A stretch of DNA of 64,000 nt from Basidiobolus meristosporus CBS 931.73. Lineage: Eukaryota; Fungi; Basidiobolomycota. The notes under the pieces are model-generated. The model saw only the letters and a program-made list of their open reading frames with translations, searched no databases and had not been told where the DNA came from. Both the position numbers and the translations under genes were made by a program. Every line of letters starts with the position of its first letter. The first letter of the stretch is position 1. The stretch is taken from assembly GCA_002104905.1 (NCBI GenBank), contig MCFE01000201.1, positions 68,601 to 132,600 on the forward strand. The letters run 5' to 3'. Shown piece after piece: positions 27,794 through 42,500 of this stretch.

Positions 27794-29022
27794 ATGCTAC
27801 GAAGCTTAGTAAAATTCATATTTTCTAAACTGGCCACCGGATCAGATGATCTCAATTCGAAGGACTCCTATATGCTGAGGTGTCTGTTTTCCGCGATAAA
27901 GTCTGGAGCATGTTACCCAGCTCCACCCATTGAAGACACTCCAAGGAAGCAACCTTTAGACATCAGGTTAACCTCTAACCTGCTAACGTTATATGGACGG
28001 CCAGAGGATTCAGCAGGCGTAGTTCTTCGAGGCACGGTGTTTGTGAACCGTAGAAGGCCTTTCAATGTCAAATCCATCACGGTGATTTTCAAGGGGACGT
28101 TCAGCATCCATTCACCAATAGGTTAGTATGCCCCAGCTATAGTTGAGTGTTCATATAGTAATATCGAATAACTATAGACCAAATCTGCCGAGAGAAGACC
28201 ATCATTGAGAGCCACACAAGCATACTAACCACTTCGGTTGACGCTCAAATCTTGGACGCCCAGAGTCAGTTTGACTTCGAATTACCACTAAACGGGGATT
28301 TACCATCCTCCATTCACACCAAGATAGTGAACATCCGATACCAAGTGATAGGAGTAATTGAACGTCCATTCCTCTTCAAGAACATTGTTGCCCACTCCCC
28401 AGTTTCCATTCAGCGCTCCACTGTCTTGGAAAATTTCGAAGTCGACGCATCCACCTCGTTCTCTGGAGTGTGGGCTTCACGGCTGTGCTACGATGTATTT
28501 ACTACCGATTTAACCTTTGTGATTGGAGATCCAATCCAACTGTCCTTTAAACTCTTTGCCTTAAAGAAGTGCTTAAACCTGCATTATGTTCAGCTGGTAT
28601 TGGAGGAGAAAATCCTTTACCAGGAAGAAGAGCTGCTGTTCCCTACGCCCTTGAAGAAAACAGTGGCGTGGACAACTGTAGATTGCCCAGACCCTCGTAC
28701 ACAATGCTGGGAGGAAACCGTCTCTCTGACGGTTCCCAATGATGCTCATGAAGACTGTGAGTCAGCAATTTTAGACATCTCTCACAAGTTGATTGTGAGC
28801 TTTGCTGTCAGTGGGTCTGATGTGGGGAAAAACATTATATATGGGCAAATCCCCATTAAACTCATGTCCTCTACCCAGGCTGAGGCCTCAACCCCTTTAC
28901 CGCTTTACGAGCCACTGCCGCACTTTTTGCAGACAAATACCTTACAACAATCAATCATGAACATGGGTTTACCAAGCTATGATTACCAACCACCGCCCAA
29001 ATATACCACGTCTGTAGCCTGA
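27794..29022 (+). CDS. Alpha-arrestin (ART family Rsp5/Nedd4 adaptor), two exons
   Basis: LDIRL...SAGVVLRGTV...VKSITVIFKG, FDFELPLNGDLPSSIH..IRYQVIGVIERP, ISHKLIVSF. C-terminal PY motifs LPLY, LPSY and PPKY. Confidence 0.87.
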
Positions 29023-29243
29023 ATCCCTAGAACTCATGCACAGTTGAATGTTGGACGTAAAATACTTTCTATGTTGTAGCACGTAGCCGTTAAAACCATA
29101 CTTTAATTACATTGTATATTCTGCACAATATCGTACTGTACTTACTACTCCTACAATCGCTCACTTGCATAATCTGAATAAACTTCACTGTTGCAGCTGT
29201 AACACTTCAGACCAAGTAAGAGCTGTGTCCGTCTACCACTTGT

Positions 29244-30523
29244 TCAGAGGGTGAGAAACCTCCCATCCATTTCATATATAATTCCATTCACGGAGAGCTA
29301 AAGGGATTTGAGGTATTATATGCCGTTAGCTGGCTGTGCAACTTGGGACACAAATCGTCAAAACTATTTACATTATTGACTGCAACTTGGAGTCGGGATT
29401 TATCGAACAAAACAAACTCATGAATCAGTTGGTCCATAGTTCTGCCATTGCCATTCGCCTTGCGAATGAAAGCCTCAATCTCACTCTCCACAGAATCTAT
29501 TGGAATACGGTCAGGTTTGGCAAGGATGATGACCAAATGAACGGAGATTTACCACCCAATCCAATGGTTTCAACACTGAACTCATCCATGTCTTCACCTT
29601 CGTCTTCGTACTGACTAGAACCCAACAATTTGAAAGGTGACACCTTCGGTTCGTCTATAGGGTTTTCTTGTGACATTCTAACCGGAGTTTGCATCTCATG
29701 CGTCGTTGAATGAATTTTTTGAGGTGACAGAGAATAACGGCCTTCACCGGCTCTGCGAATTGGTGAAGGGGGAAACTTTCCGGCGAAGTAGTTGTCCCGA
29801 TACAATTTTACCAGTTCCAAAGAGCGTAAAACTTCATATACGGGGTCTTCCTGTATTTCCCAACTTCATATCACTTAGTATATGAGGAATCCAGAGAACA
29901 ACCGTAAAAGGTAAAGTTACCCAGTACAATCTATCCACCGCCCCCACTCTCCCTCTGGAAGCTCTGAGGTGGATAATCCTTGCTCGGTGAAGTAGCTACC
30001 TAAGTCTTGTGACTTCAGTAACCCAATCACCTCCAACTGATCGCCCAGTACGAGATTTCTTACACGTTGCAAAGGGAAGCTTTCGGAGTTGTTGAGTAGA
30101 AGTGGTATAATCCCAGTGCCATCGTCTTGAAAAACAGAAATGAATTGATATGCTGGAAACTGCGCTAGGGGAGGACAAGCATACCCAAAAAGCACAAAGT
30201 TTTGATAGCTCCAGATTGTTGCGCTTCTGGGACAGAATTCCTGGGACTTTGGCTGGCATCAACGTGACTCTGAAGGACTAGTATACCCGTAAACCTTAAT
30301 TGAGTATCTTATTAACACGAAAGGCAACTTTGTCTGGTAAACTCGACAGGAAACCGCTGAATGCTCACCTAACCTTATCAAACCCAAATTTAGGGAAGCC
30401 AGTGTAGAAGAGTTTCTCACCCAAACTGTATTTCGCCGATAATAAATCTTGTGCGAAGAGTATTCGATGGATACGGTGGTCTGTCTTACTCTGCTGTGAC
30501 TTGGTTCTCTTGGGTTTAAACAT
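29244..30523 (-). CDS. OB-fold + C-terminal winged-helix protein, Stn1/RPA2 family
   Basis: Spliced OB fold RILFAQDLL...QLRFTGILV...TLCFLDDGTGIIP...LEVIGLL...EDPVYEVLRSLELVKLYRDNYF. Winged helix EIEAFIRKANGNGRTMDQLIHEF..SRLQVAVNN|LSVNGIIYEMDGRFLTL*. The 5' exon structure is uncertain. Confidence 0.65.
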
Positions 30524-30793
30524 AGTCTTGCGTATACTACCGATTCATCAGACAATATATAACGAACTCATATGCTGAATATATGCATCAGAATCTCTTC
30601 CAATCAGATACCCTGTTATGGGGAGAGCAAATTCAGCCCGACGATTGCGGAAGAGTGAATCCCTGTTTAGTGTGTGGTAACTCTACAATTTATTGGGTGC
30701 ATGGGGTATTCTACATTTCCGGAGATCATGTCAATGGCTCCTATCAAAAAGGTGAATTGCAAGTCACTCTAGGGTATAATGCTAACATCGTGC

Positions 30794-31702
30794 TTAAAGT
30801 TCCCAGACACTGCCAACATCAGAATGAAGGTCTTCGTGAGGTTGCCACTTAACAATTGCCTCAAGAACTGCGCGACCGCCCTTCATTTCCAAAGCAGGTA
30901 CGATGCTATGATCGATAAACTCATTGGAGGCACGATCAGCAAATACCATCATGGTGGAACCAACGCTGATACTCTTTTTGGCGGTCTTTTGGGCGAGTGG
31001 GGCGGTGGTGGAGCAATTGGCCAAATGGTAAAGAATGAAGTTCTCCATTTCAAGTGAGACTGCGTTGGGAAGCTCCTTATCAATTCTATCGAAGAGATCC
31101 TCATTGTGATCCACAAAATTCTCATCAATACGACCTTGTGAGGAATAGAAGGAATCAGCGTTGATGTTCAGTCCTTTGTGGACCTTCTCCTCGCCAAATA
31201 CAGTGGTTAGCTCATTTTCAAGAAGTGCAACCACATCCGAGTCAGCGGGGGCAGGCTTAGTGATCATGTAAGGTAGCAGGCCCTCATTATCAGGCAGGAA
31301 GTAGTCGTAGTTTCTGAAAATGCCGACTGCGCTATCAGGGACAATAAAGTTGCCTACATGGGCACCCTTGAGGGAGCCACATGAGCCAAAGCGGATCATA
31401 CACATTGGACCGTCAACGACTGCTCTAACTTCACGAACGAAGAAATCGACCAAAGCATTGCCCATACCGATGGCAATCACGGTAACCGGGACTCCCTTGT
31501 AGCGACCGGTGGCTGTGTAAAAGTTGCGATGGGAGGTGTACTCGAAGACTGGGGGGACGGGGTCAAAGAGCTTAGCCATGCGTTTGGCGCGGGCGTGGTC
31601 GCCAACTGTGATAACTCTGTTGGCACACTCACCACGCTTCAACTCGACGTGGTAAGTTCGACCATCGGAGGTCATAGGGAAGTTGGCGTTAGAGAAGACC
31701 AT
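30794..31702 (-). CDS. Uridine/purine nucleoside phosphorylase (PNP_UDP_1), intronless
   Basis: YHV..KRGECANRVITVGD, RNFYTATGRYKGVPVTVIAIGMG, IRFGSCGSL, ADSFYSSQGR, SLEMENF. Confidence 0.9.
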   Translation of the reverse strand: MVFSNANFPMTSDGRTYHVELKRGECANRVITVGDHARAKRMAKLFDPVPPVFEYTSHRNFYTATGRYKGVPVTVIAIGMGNALVDFFVREVRAVVDGPMCMIRFGSCGSLKGAHVGNFIVPDSAVGIFRNYDYFLPDNEGLLPYMITKPAPADSDVVALLENELTTVFGEEKVHKGLNINADSFYSSQGRIDENFVDHNEDLFDRIDKELPNAVSLEMENFILYHLANCSTTAPLAQKTAKKSISVGSTMMVFADRASNEFIDHSIVPALEMKGGRAVLEAIVKWQPHEDLHSDVGSVWEL

Positions 31703-33617
31703 TGCTGAGGTATAGAAACTAGGTTGAGAGTATCCAATGAATAAGAAGTGCTTTTTATAACTTGAATGATAAATTTGAATGGCAGGGAATGACTGAAGGA
31801 GATTTTTAAACTCAGGGGTTGGAATGAATTTATTATACCGTTAAGTAAATTCCTAATCACAATGATTCCTAATCTGGCTCCACAGGCTCACCAATCATTC
31901 GTTGTGAATTCAGAGCTTTCTGGAACTCTAGGGAAGTGTCTGAAATACCACTCTCAAATTCTAGAGAAACATGCCTTTTATGGTGCGTCAAGAAACAATT
32001 CTAAACAGAAAGTTGGATGAGCCCATCAAATGTGTAGGAGTGAGTACGACACTGGTTTAATTGGAAGCGACTTGGTCCCCAATTTGGTATATGATTTATT
32101 TCACAAGAGTCGGGTCTAAGAAAGAGCAGTGATACTTACCCAAGGACGAATTAATGACCGTCGGGATTCTGCGAAACAGGAAATTTGCGATTGAGCTCGA
32201 ATCTTCATTTGCCACATATGCAATGAAGGCAGAAGCAATTAAGGCCGTCTAGACATTTTTGAGCTACTCACTCATGTGAAAGCCCTTGGTTCATGCTGTT
32301 GTTGGCTACTTCCTCGGACTGAAGATGTGGGACCTCGCCACATGGTTTGCTGATTTGTCTTCCAATGAACTGGGGCCGGATTATGACTTGGTGGATTTTC
32401 CCGATTCATCATGGTGGCTGCATATGCATACGAGCATAACGTTAATAAATGCAATCGGCCCTGAACATACACTAGACCCCACATAAGGAACAAATCTTCC
32501 AAAAGCTCCTGGTAGCCCGAATCCATCGGTTTTGAAATCCAGTCTACTTGACAAACCTATTTATCATCGTACTGCCTGAATCATATTTCGGTATCTGTTA
32601 TGGATCGTGGTATTCAGTAACACAATCCCACTTTCTGCGCCAGATATACAGTCTGGATATTCAGTAATGTCGATCGTACCAACCTTGCATTTTTGGGGCT
32701 CAGTCAAACTGACATAGGTAGCAAGGATGCAGTGGAATGTTGCATTTCAAACTGTACCAGCATCGTGTACATTTTGAATATGTTTGTAGTACAAAGCGCT
32801 GAGCTGAAGTCATCCAATGCCGTAAGAATTCGTGACTAGAAAAGCCGGTGGACCTGCTGTCGTAGACCTAGTCCACTGATTAGTCTATAGGGTTTCCATA
32901 TTAGTATTTTACGTCACCCTCAAGAATATCCTCAAATCGCACTCCTGCCATCAGGTTTAATTAATCTTTAGTAGTGTGAGAATATCTGGCTAGTTCTGGT
33001 AACAGTGGCAGCTACTGTTCCTCATCGAGTTTCTTGGCTGTAATATTTCCAGTATCTGCAGCAAGTTCATTGAACTAATGGCGTACGTACTTCGTAGTTT
33101 ATTAACACGCTGATTACTCAATTGAGGAGTGATGCCAAATATTGATCGGGTATTCATAACGCGAATATAGTCTATAGATAGTAGCAACGTTCCTAATTTT
33201 TACCATTTCCAATAGTGTTACAAACTTGGGTAAATGTATGGATACTGTGGCGCATTAGGCCAATCCTATCTCGTAACTTGACCCCTTGAAGACAGACAAT
33301 CCTTCAGCAGAGGTGAACAGGTTTTCATAGAATCCTCTGATAAATGTTAGAAATCCTTTGGAGTTATGACGAGTGCTTGACCAATATTCATCGGATTTAT
33401 TATATTATTCGTTGTTTACAAAAACATGATTGCATGAAAAGGTTTATCTGAGTGTTTTACGGCCTGGAATTCGGCTGCTTACTTCTGTCGCCCAACTGGC
33501 CAAGCTCACCATGCGTAGCATGCTATGATACTTTGCGTTCAAATACATTTTCGCGTTACGTGAAGTCAACGGTTCACCATCCTCTTTCTTCCAAAATCAA
33601 AGAGCTGAACTCTCTTT

Positions 33618-34982
<1,365 letters not shown>

Positions 34983-36575
34983 TCTGAGAATCAAGGAAAA
35001 TGGAATACGAGGATATGTAAAAAGATATTTAAGTGACTTTCTTATGAGGTGGTGGTGATCTATTTATATACAAATCAGGAATCTTGGCGTTGACATAATC
35101 GTATAATGAGCATTCATATAGTGAAATTAGGATCAAGGCTTAGATAACTGATCACAACGTAGCAATGTATTAGTACATAATAGAAAACTTACCCTTAACA
35201 ATCACTGAGCCCCACATCCGATTATTATGCACTTGGTTGTTTTATCGGATGATCCCTCTCCGAGTCATTCGTGTAGTCGAAAATAGCCCAGAGAATGAAT
35301 GGGCGTATTATAGTAAGCATATATGTTTAATATCTATCGGAAACGAAAACTGCCCTCAAATGAACTACAAACCTGATATATCATATATGGAATGCAAACA
35401 CAACAAATGATGGAATTTACTTGGTTCGGGCATCTCTTGTTTCAACATTCATCCCATGGATAGTTCGATCATTTAATGTTGATAAACATCGTGCTGAAAC
35501 TGGGCTTGCGGTCAAATAAAGTACCTCTTACGGAGAGGTGGTTAGTAGACTCCATGCTTCTATATGAAGATCGGACCAAGATCATATGAGCGAACATGCA
35601 TGACGAAAGCGCTCTTCGAGGCTTAGGGTTACCGTGTGTGTGTTTAATCATGACGTACATAGCACGCATTCGCCCAATATAGATTGAGTTTGAACTCACT
35701 TGCTGTCTGAGTCATCTAGAAATAGATCTGTATGAATAATCATTTGCAAGCAAGCACACAATGCATGTGGTTGAGATGAAGAATTCTAAATCGGACATTA
35801 CTCCGTTACTTGTTAAGGGTAAGCTGATTTTCGCCACTGGATTTGATCTAATGCTTAGGGTTTTCCTCGCCCATGACTCAGCGGGTCAACAAATCATCGG
35901 TGTGAGTGGTGATTTCAGGTACTATGCGACCCGAATTGATCAGAGCCTTCGCCTGCGAAGAATGCAGTAGAATCATTCGCACAAAAAAGCCTTGCGCAAA
36001 ATAGGAGTGCCTTCCAAACGTGTTCAATGAGAAAAGCCTTCGGTTCGGTGACTGTCGAGTGTGATGAGTAGGAGCTTTGTGATCAACACACTACAGGGAA
36101 TTTGCTTTGTTCCTTGGCCCAAATGGGTGTCCACAGCACTAAGCCTATCGCATCCCTTAGTCAGTGAACTCATTTACTATGAAACATATACCGATTTGTG
36201 CGCAAGGCTCAGCTAGCATCATAATCAGTAGTCGCTTCATTTACGCATACCGTGTATTGCCGCAGACATTCATCGGATTCTGATTAGCCGTGTTATGATT
36301 AATTGCTATCTGTAAACATGCTATTCAAGAAATATTCAATATCGAGCTTTCGCCATCCATAATAACAAACAAATACACTATTTGGAGCCGTTTGATGAAA
36401 AGGGACAGAACCAAAGCTTCTTCTTCTCCCTTTGCCCTTAACTGACTGCTAAAAATTTGGTTTGCTTCTTACTTGGGGCATAATCTGTTTGGCCCCGGAA
36501 TTTCAGTCTAATTCATATATCTATCTTGGAGGCACTTGAAGTTTAGCTCCTTGATCTCGACTATAATATTTCTGA

Positions 36576-39500
36576 ATGGCTGGCGCACCCAATCCAGATA
36601 TTTCTGAAGATCTTGACACAGAGAAACGACCTAGCCGAATTCCGATCTTTAGTTGCCGGATTGTAAATATAGACTTCGAGCTTGTTCGTCCAGGTCCATA
36701 TGATATCCAGCGTACCAATGTACACCCTGATATTTCCCTCGAAAAAGTTCCGGTGATTCGAATTTTCGGAAGCACCGAAAATGGACATAAGACCTGTATT
36801 CACATACACCAAGTAAGTATGGCATATTCACACGTTGAACACCTACGCAACACGCTCACTCTCTATAAGGCTTTCCCATATTTTTATATAGAATATAAAG
36901 GCGATTTGAAACTTGATACCTGTAGGTTTCCATTACAATAATATTATCAAGCGTGCATCACTAACCTGAATTAGTGAGGAATTTTTGTATACAGTTGGCT
37001 ACAAGTATTAACCATGCCGTTGCTGTATCGTTGAACAAAGATCCAAATTTGAAAGTGAAGAATCAGTATGTCCTTGCTGTATTACCTATCAAAGGAGTTC
37101 CTTTCTATGGATACTACAAGGGGCATAGATGCTTTCTGAAAATATATTTATATCCTTATGGTCTATTGTGCCTGTCTTTAAGCAATATGCAGAATTCACC
37201 CTTAACCTAAAGTATACAGTGAACCCAAACATTGTTTCCAGAGTTGCTGAGCTACTGCAAATGGGTGCCATAATGGGTACTATCTTTCAGCCATACGACG
37301 CACACATCCCTTTCCTGCTTCAATTTTTTGTGGATTACAATCTTTATGGGATGAATTATATTCATTTGGATGATATGGTGCCTAGGGTAAAATCCCATGG
37401 TCAGTATATTGCAGATGTTGCCTGCTATGCACAGACACTAACTATGCATTACATGTACACAGAAAAACAGCCGTGGGATGATTCCGTTATGGCCAAAGAA
37501 ACTGTGTGCGAGATGGAGGTGGATACCGTTGTAGGAAATATCCTTTATTTGATGTTGCTCCTCACATTACACACATACCGCACACGTGCTTTGATATCCT
37601 TGATTCGAAGTTTTACATATAGTAAACAAGGACTTTATAGCGGAAAGAGATATCCACACTGTAGACTCTGAGTTATATGACGACCAGGTGAATGCTCGAT
37701 TAGTGCATTCACTTCATGCCTTATGGCAGGTAATATTCGCTCCAAATCCCTTGCATAATTACGTAACACTTCATATTGACAATGTACAAGGATGAGGAAG
37801 GCCGACGCAAGGAGCGCTTGTTGCCGACCGATGCGAAATCCCAGGCAGAGGAGAGAGGCTACTCTCCTTGGAACAACGAAAGTGCTTTGAGGGAAACGAT
37901 CCATAGCTTGATAGAAAAAAACCCGGGAGTTGGGCGTCCTCCAGCAGAGCAATCTGAAAATCTGAATACCGATGTGTTAGATAGATTGATGACTGCCTAT
38001 CAAGCCATTGATGGGCTATTCAAAGATTCTATTTTTCTGGGGGCAGATGTGGAGCCATCTCAAAAGTATATGGTGGCCTTTCTTTGATGCTATCCCAAAT
38101 TACGTTGTCTAACCAATCGACTGTTTCCAGTTCATCTCCTGCCGAGGTGTTGGTTGATAATGTTGTAGTTAGTCAAAGATACAGTTCGCAAAACGTAAGT
38201 AGACACATCATTCCTTGCTTAAATGGCTCCCTAAAGCGCTCACATCTATAAAGGAGAATTGTGACGACGTGAGCAACGTAGATCCAGAAATTCCACAGGA
38301 GGAAGAGAGAGATGAAGATAGCTCGCATGATGACGAGTTCTGGGAGCAGTTCAATGACGAAGATTTTTTTAATGTTAACGTGGATCATCAGCTAGAAGCC
38401 TTGCACCAAAATATCAATCAACCCGAACAATCCTCGACAATCCAGCCGGTCCAAGCAGCCCAATGTTTGTCGAACCACGAGAATGATAAGTCTCCTGGGG
38501 TTGCATCCAAGCCCAATCATTTTCTGAACCAAGAGGCTCTTCGTGGATTATCTATCTCAGATGAGCCGGCTCCGATCAACTTTGCTACCTGTCCTGTTTC
38601 ACGTAGAAAGTCTCCTAATCAGAATGATGATTCCGGCTGTTCGCTTCCTATCCGTAGAATTCCTCAATTTGATGGTCCTGGAGACCTATTCCCGCCAAAC
38701 TACTCAACACTGATGCCTGATAAGAAAGGAAGCCGGACTCCCATGATGGGGTCAGGTATGTTGTAATATGTAATTCAGGTGTTGACACCTGCTAAGAAAT
38801 CCAACTGAATCTTGGTAGCATCGCGTAAATTTTGTCGAATTGTTGACAAATCCCACAGTAGCAATCGAAAACTATTATATCAGGCTAAGGTAGACTAATG
38901 ACGCACTTGTTTTTGAGGGAATTGTTCTGAATCTCACGAGTAATATAGAACCGAGAGTCCAACCAAAAAACACCCAAGGCCGCGCTCACCTCTACAGTCT
39001 CAAGGATGCCATCTTCGTCAGAATCTCCCTCTAAAAGGAAAGCTCGAATGTTTTACTCCACTTCAAGAAAGCCAGTTGAAGAAACCCGACTACACAATCG
39101 CACATTCACAGAACCTAGACGTCGTATAAATTTTCAGAAGTACTTCATTGACGAGGATGATTATGAGTATGACCGAATAGAAAGCACGTTTACCTCAGGT
39201 ATTTACACCAAAGCTAAACCGAGGAAATGTCCTAATACTGACAAGCTTTGATCAAGCATCTAGCCATAGTACGGCTCGGATGGTAATGGACTGTGTAGAA
39301 ATACCAAGCAGAAGTTATGCTGATGACGAATTCTTCACGAATTACGGGTCTAACAGCAGTAATTTAATATCTAAGAATATTGTTGACATTGAGAATTATG
39401 CATCAAGTGTAGACACGTATTCCAAGATATCTATCGTCGAGTCTACCCAAGCAAGAGCTTCGCAACAAACATCGCGCAAGGTGTCGAATATTCTCACTAA

Positions 39501-42500
39501 CATAATACAGCCAATTGATACAAATGATCGAGAATACTTTACCAAAAACATAACATCTATGTGGTCACCCACAGTATCGCCTATTCAAGAAACATTTGAA
39601 GAGCAACCAATCATTGAAATCTTGTCCATACCCAATTCTCCTGTCGAAGACAAGTATATTCCAACACAGCCAGATTTATCGCCAGTTGAACAGTTTGAGT
39701 TGCGTGCCGAGCCACAAAGAACCCTCTTATCCGAGATTGTTGTACCTGCTACAGCAGCTTGTACTCGTCCAGGAGATATTGATTGTGAAGATATTGAGAT
39801 AGTCATTCCTGCATCAAATATACCGCGGAATGAGTTTCTTTCCTTTGTAGATAAGACGGAGGTGCCAGAGATGCATAAGCCAGCTTATGACATCACCCTA
39901 CATCCGCCACGCACAAAAAAGACTTATTCATCCAACCATGAAAGAGTCGTCCCCAATTTTGTAATTGAAGTGCCTCCACTTAAATCTCCACGAGAGACCT
40001 TTATGATATGCACAACCTCAGCGGATGGCTCCGGTAGCGAATTGGATCCTGATGAATCCCCTGCTGAGCATCTCGAAGCCGAATATGAAGTGTACTCCTC
40101 GGAAGATGCAGCCCACTCCGATTTTGTTGATGAGGATGGACTTAGCTCATCATCTTTATCCGATGTCGTCGAAGTGACGCCAACCAAAAGGAGACGACAA
40201 GGTATTCTTTTCAGCCGTTGGAAGAAATCTTACAACCTGCCAGGGACATCAGAAAGCGATGATGATGACTGCAACAAGGTGTTGGTAGAGAGCACTCCAA
40301 CCAGAACACGAAGCCAGCATGATGTGCTGGAGCGAGATCAAGACCCATTCAGCAGACTTCCTATTCGGAAAAGCTCGAAGATTCGGAGTCAACCTACGAA
40401 GATGAGACATACCCCACGTTCATTTAAAGAAAGAAAGCCATGCTCTCTTAGTTTGAAACGCATCAGTGACTTCAAACCGAAAGACAATACTGCCATCACA
40501 TTCTTAGATGTTCTGATGAAATCGAAGAGAGTTGACCAACTTGGATATCATAGCTCACCCCGGAAGGAAAGCGTACTTAAACCAGTGGTAGAAAGCCCGA
40601 ATGATACGCCGATTGAGGGTAACGTTGAAGCTTACAACCATCCAGTGTCTGGCACTCGAGTCACTCAAGTATCTGGCGACATGAAGACACCTTCACCACC
40701 AATCCAAAGCCAGGATAAAGGGAAATCCGTGGCTCATGAGGACGATCCGTTCAGAGTAGAATCCCGCCTAGCGACTGGGTTCAGTGCTTCGGGGGAAAAC
40801 AGTGACCACAATGAAGAGGTAGCACATGTGCTTCGACTAGGGCCTACCTCAAGTCAGTTACGTGCCATTGAGCAAAATGATGTATATCACACAGGGGATA
40901 CACCACAATATTTCAGGAACCGCAACTGCTCTTTATCTCCCTTTCAAACCCCTACCAGACAGAAAGGTATTGAGCCTTTGCTACATATGTCTACACCATC
41001 TGCTTTCCCTAATCTTACACCCGGAAACAAACACACACCATCTACACCTACGAAGTGGTCTTTTAAACAAGAATTGGATTTTCTTGCTTCCCATACCCCG
41101 TCGACCGGACGTCGCTCGATCAATCGCTCACAACAAGGATTACCGCCCGTCATGCCCCACTATCCATTTGCGCCAGTATTTAAAGCGTCAAGCTCAGAAA
41201 GGCTTCCTATTACTGAACATATAGGCATTTTCAAGATCCCTATATCGCCCTTTAGTGGTCGTAGAGCTGCAATGAATCCGGTTTTAAGTAGGTTTCAATG
41301 GGGATCAAAGCGCAGTTTCATCTACCAGAAGCAACCTCCAATGTTGGAGTTCCTCGAACAGACCTGGAAGGAGTTTGATTTGCCAAAGGTTGACTATCAA
41401 GTACCCTTTTTCAGCAATAATAAGGATGTCCCGGAGAAACCTCGACTATACGCAGGAAAGCTTTGGAAGATAAAATCTAAATCAGTCGCATATTTAAAAG
41501 AATTTGAAACAAATTTGAAATCTGGACCTGATGCTGAGAATGAGCCCTATCACGGCATGAGCGAAAATCCCAAGAGAACGAAAGAACGGTTTTGGACGAG
41601 TGCAAGAACCCCACCTACTCTCGAGCAAGTCCATCGATGGCTCCAAGAAAACAAAAAGGGTCAGGAGTCATCACAAGCAACTACACCCTTTTTAAAGCGT
41701 GTAAAGCATCCGTCGCAAATAGAACCCACTACCCCTAAGAACCGATATGGCTTTAAATTAAGCCAGTTTACTCCCGTCTCATCGAGCGAGAACCAAATCG
41801 ACATTCTTTGTATCGAAATCCTCGTCAGTACCCGAAGGAATCTTTTGCCCGATCCAAACGTAGACCCTTTGAAAGCTATCTGCTACGCCTACAAGAAATT
41901 TTCCGGCTCTGATAACGGCAACACCCTGTAAGTGCCAAATTAAGACTGTAACCAAAGCCCCATAATTGCAGAGGGATTAACGTTCGAAATCTACTAGACG
42001 TACTGGATGTATACTGGTGACCCTGGAGGAGTCCAAGACCGCGCAAATAGCAGGTATATTTAGTTTGCACCGAATGAAGCAAAACACGTAAATACCAGTT
42101 CGTATGCTGATGTCTCGCCATGTTTTTCTAAAGGTCATGAAATCCGGTATGTAGCTGACGAGCGTGGCCTAATTGACACGTTGATCGAGCTGGTCCATCA
42201 GTTGGATCCTGAGATCTTGGGTGGCTTCGAAATTCACAAATCCTCTTGGGGATATTTGGCGGATCGAGCTAAACTTGCATATGGTATTGTTTTTGCTTGA
42301 TAGCCAAGATCTCTGCCTAAAACCTAACAAGATATGGAATGAACTCTTACAGGAATCGAATTGCATCAGAGAATATCGAGAATGCTAATGCAAAATCCAA
42401 ATAGCGCCTACGTGGATCCCAACAAGAACTCCTGGAATTACAAAAAATCCTCCACTTTTGTTGTTACCGGTCGACACGTACTAAACATATGGAGGATTAT

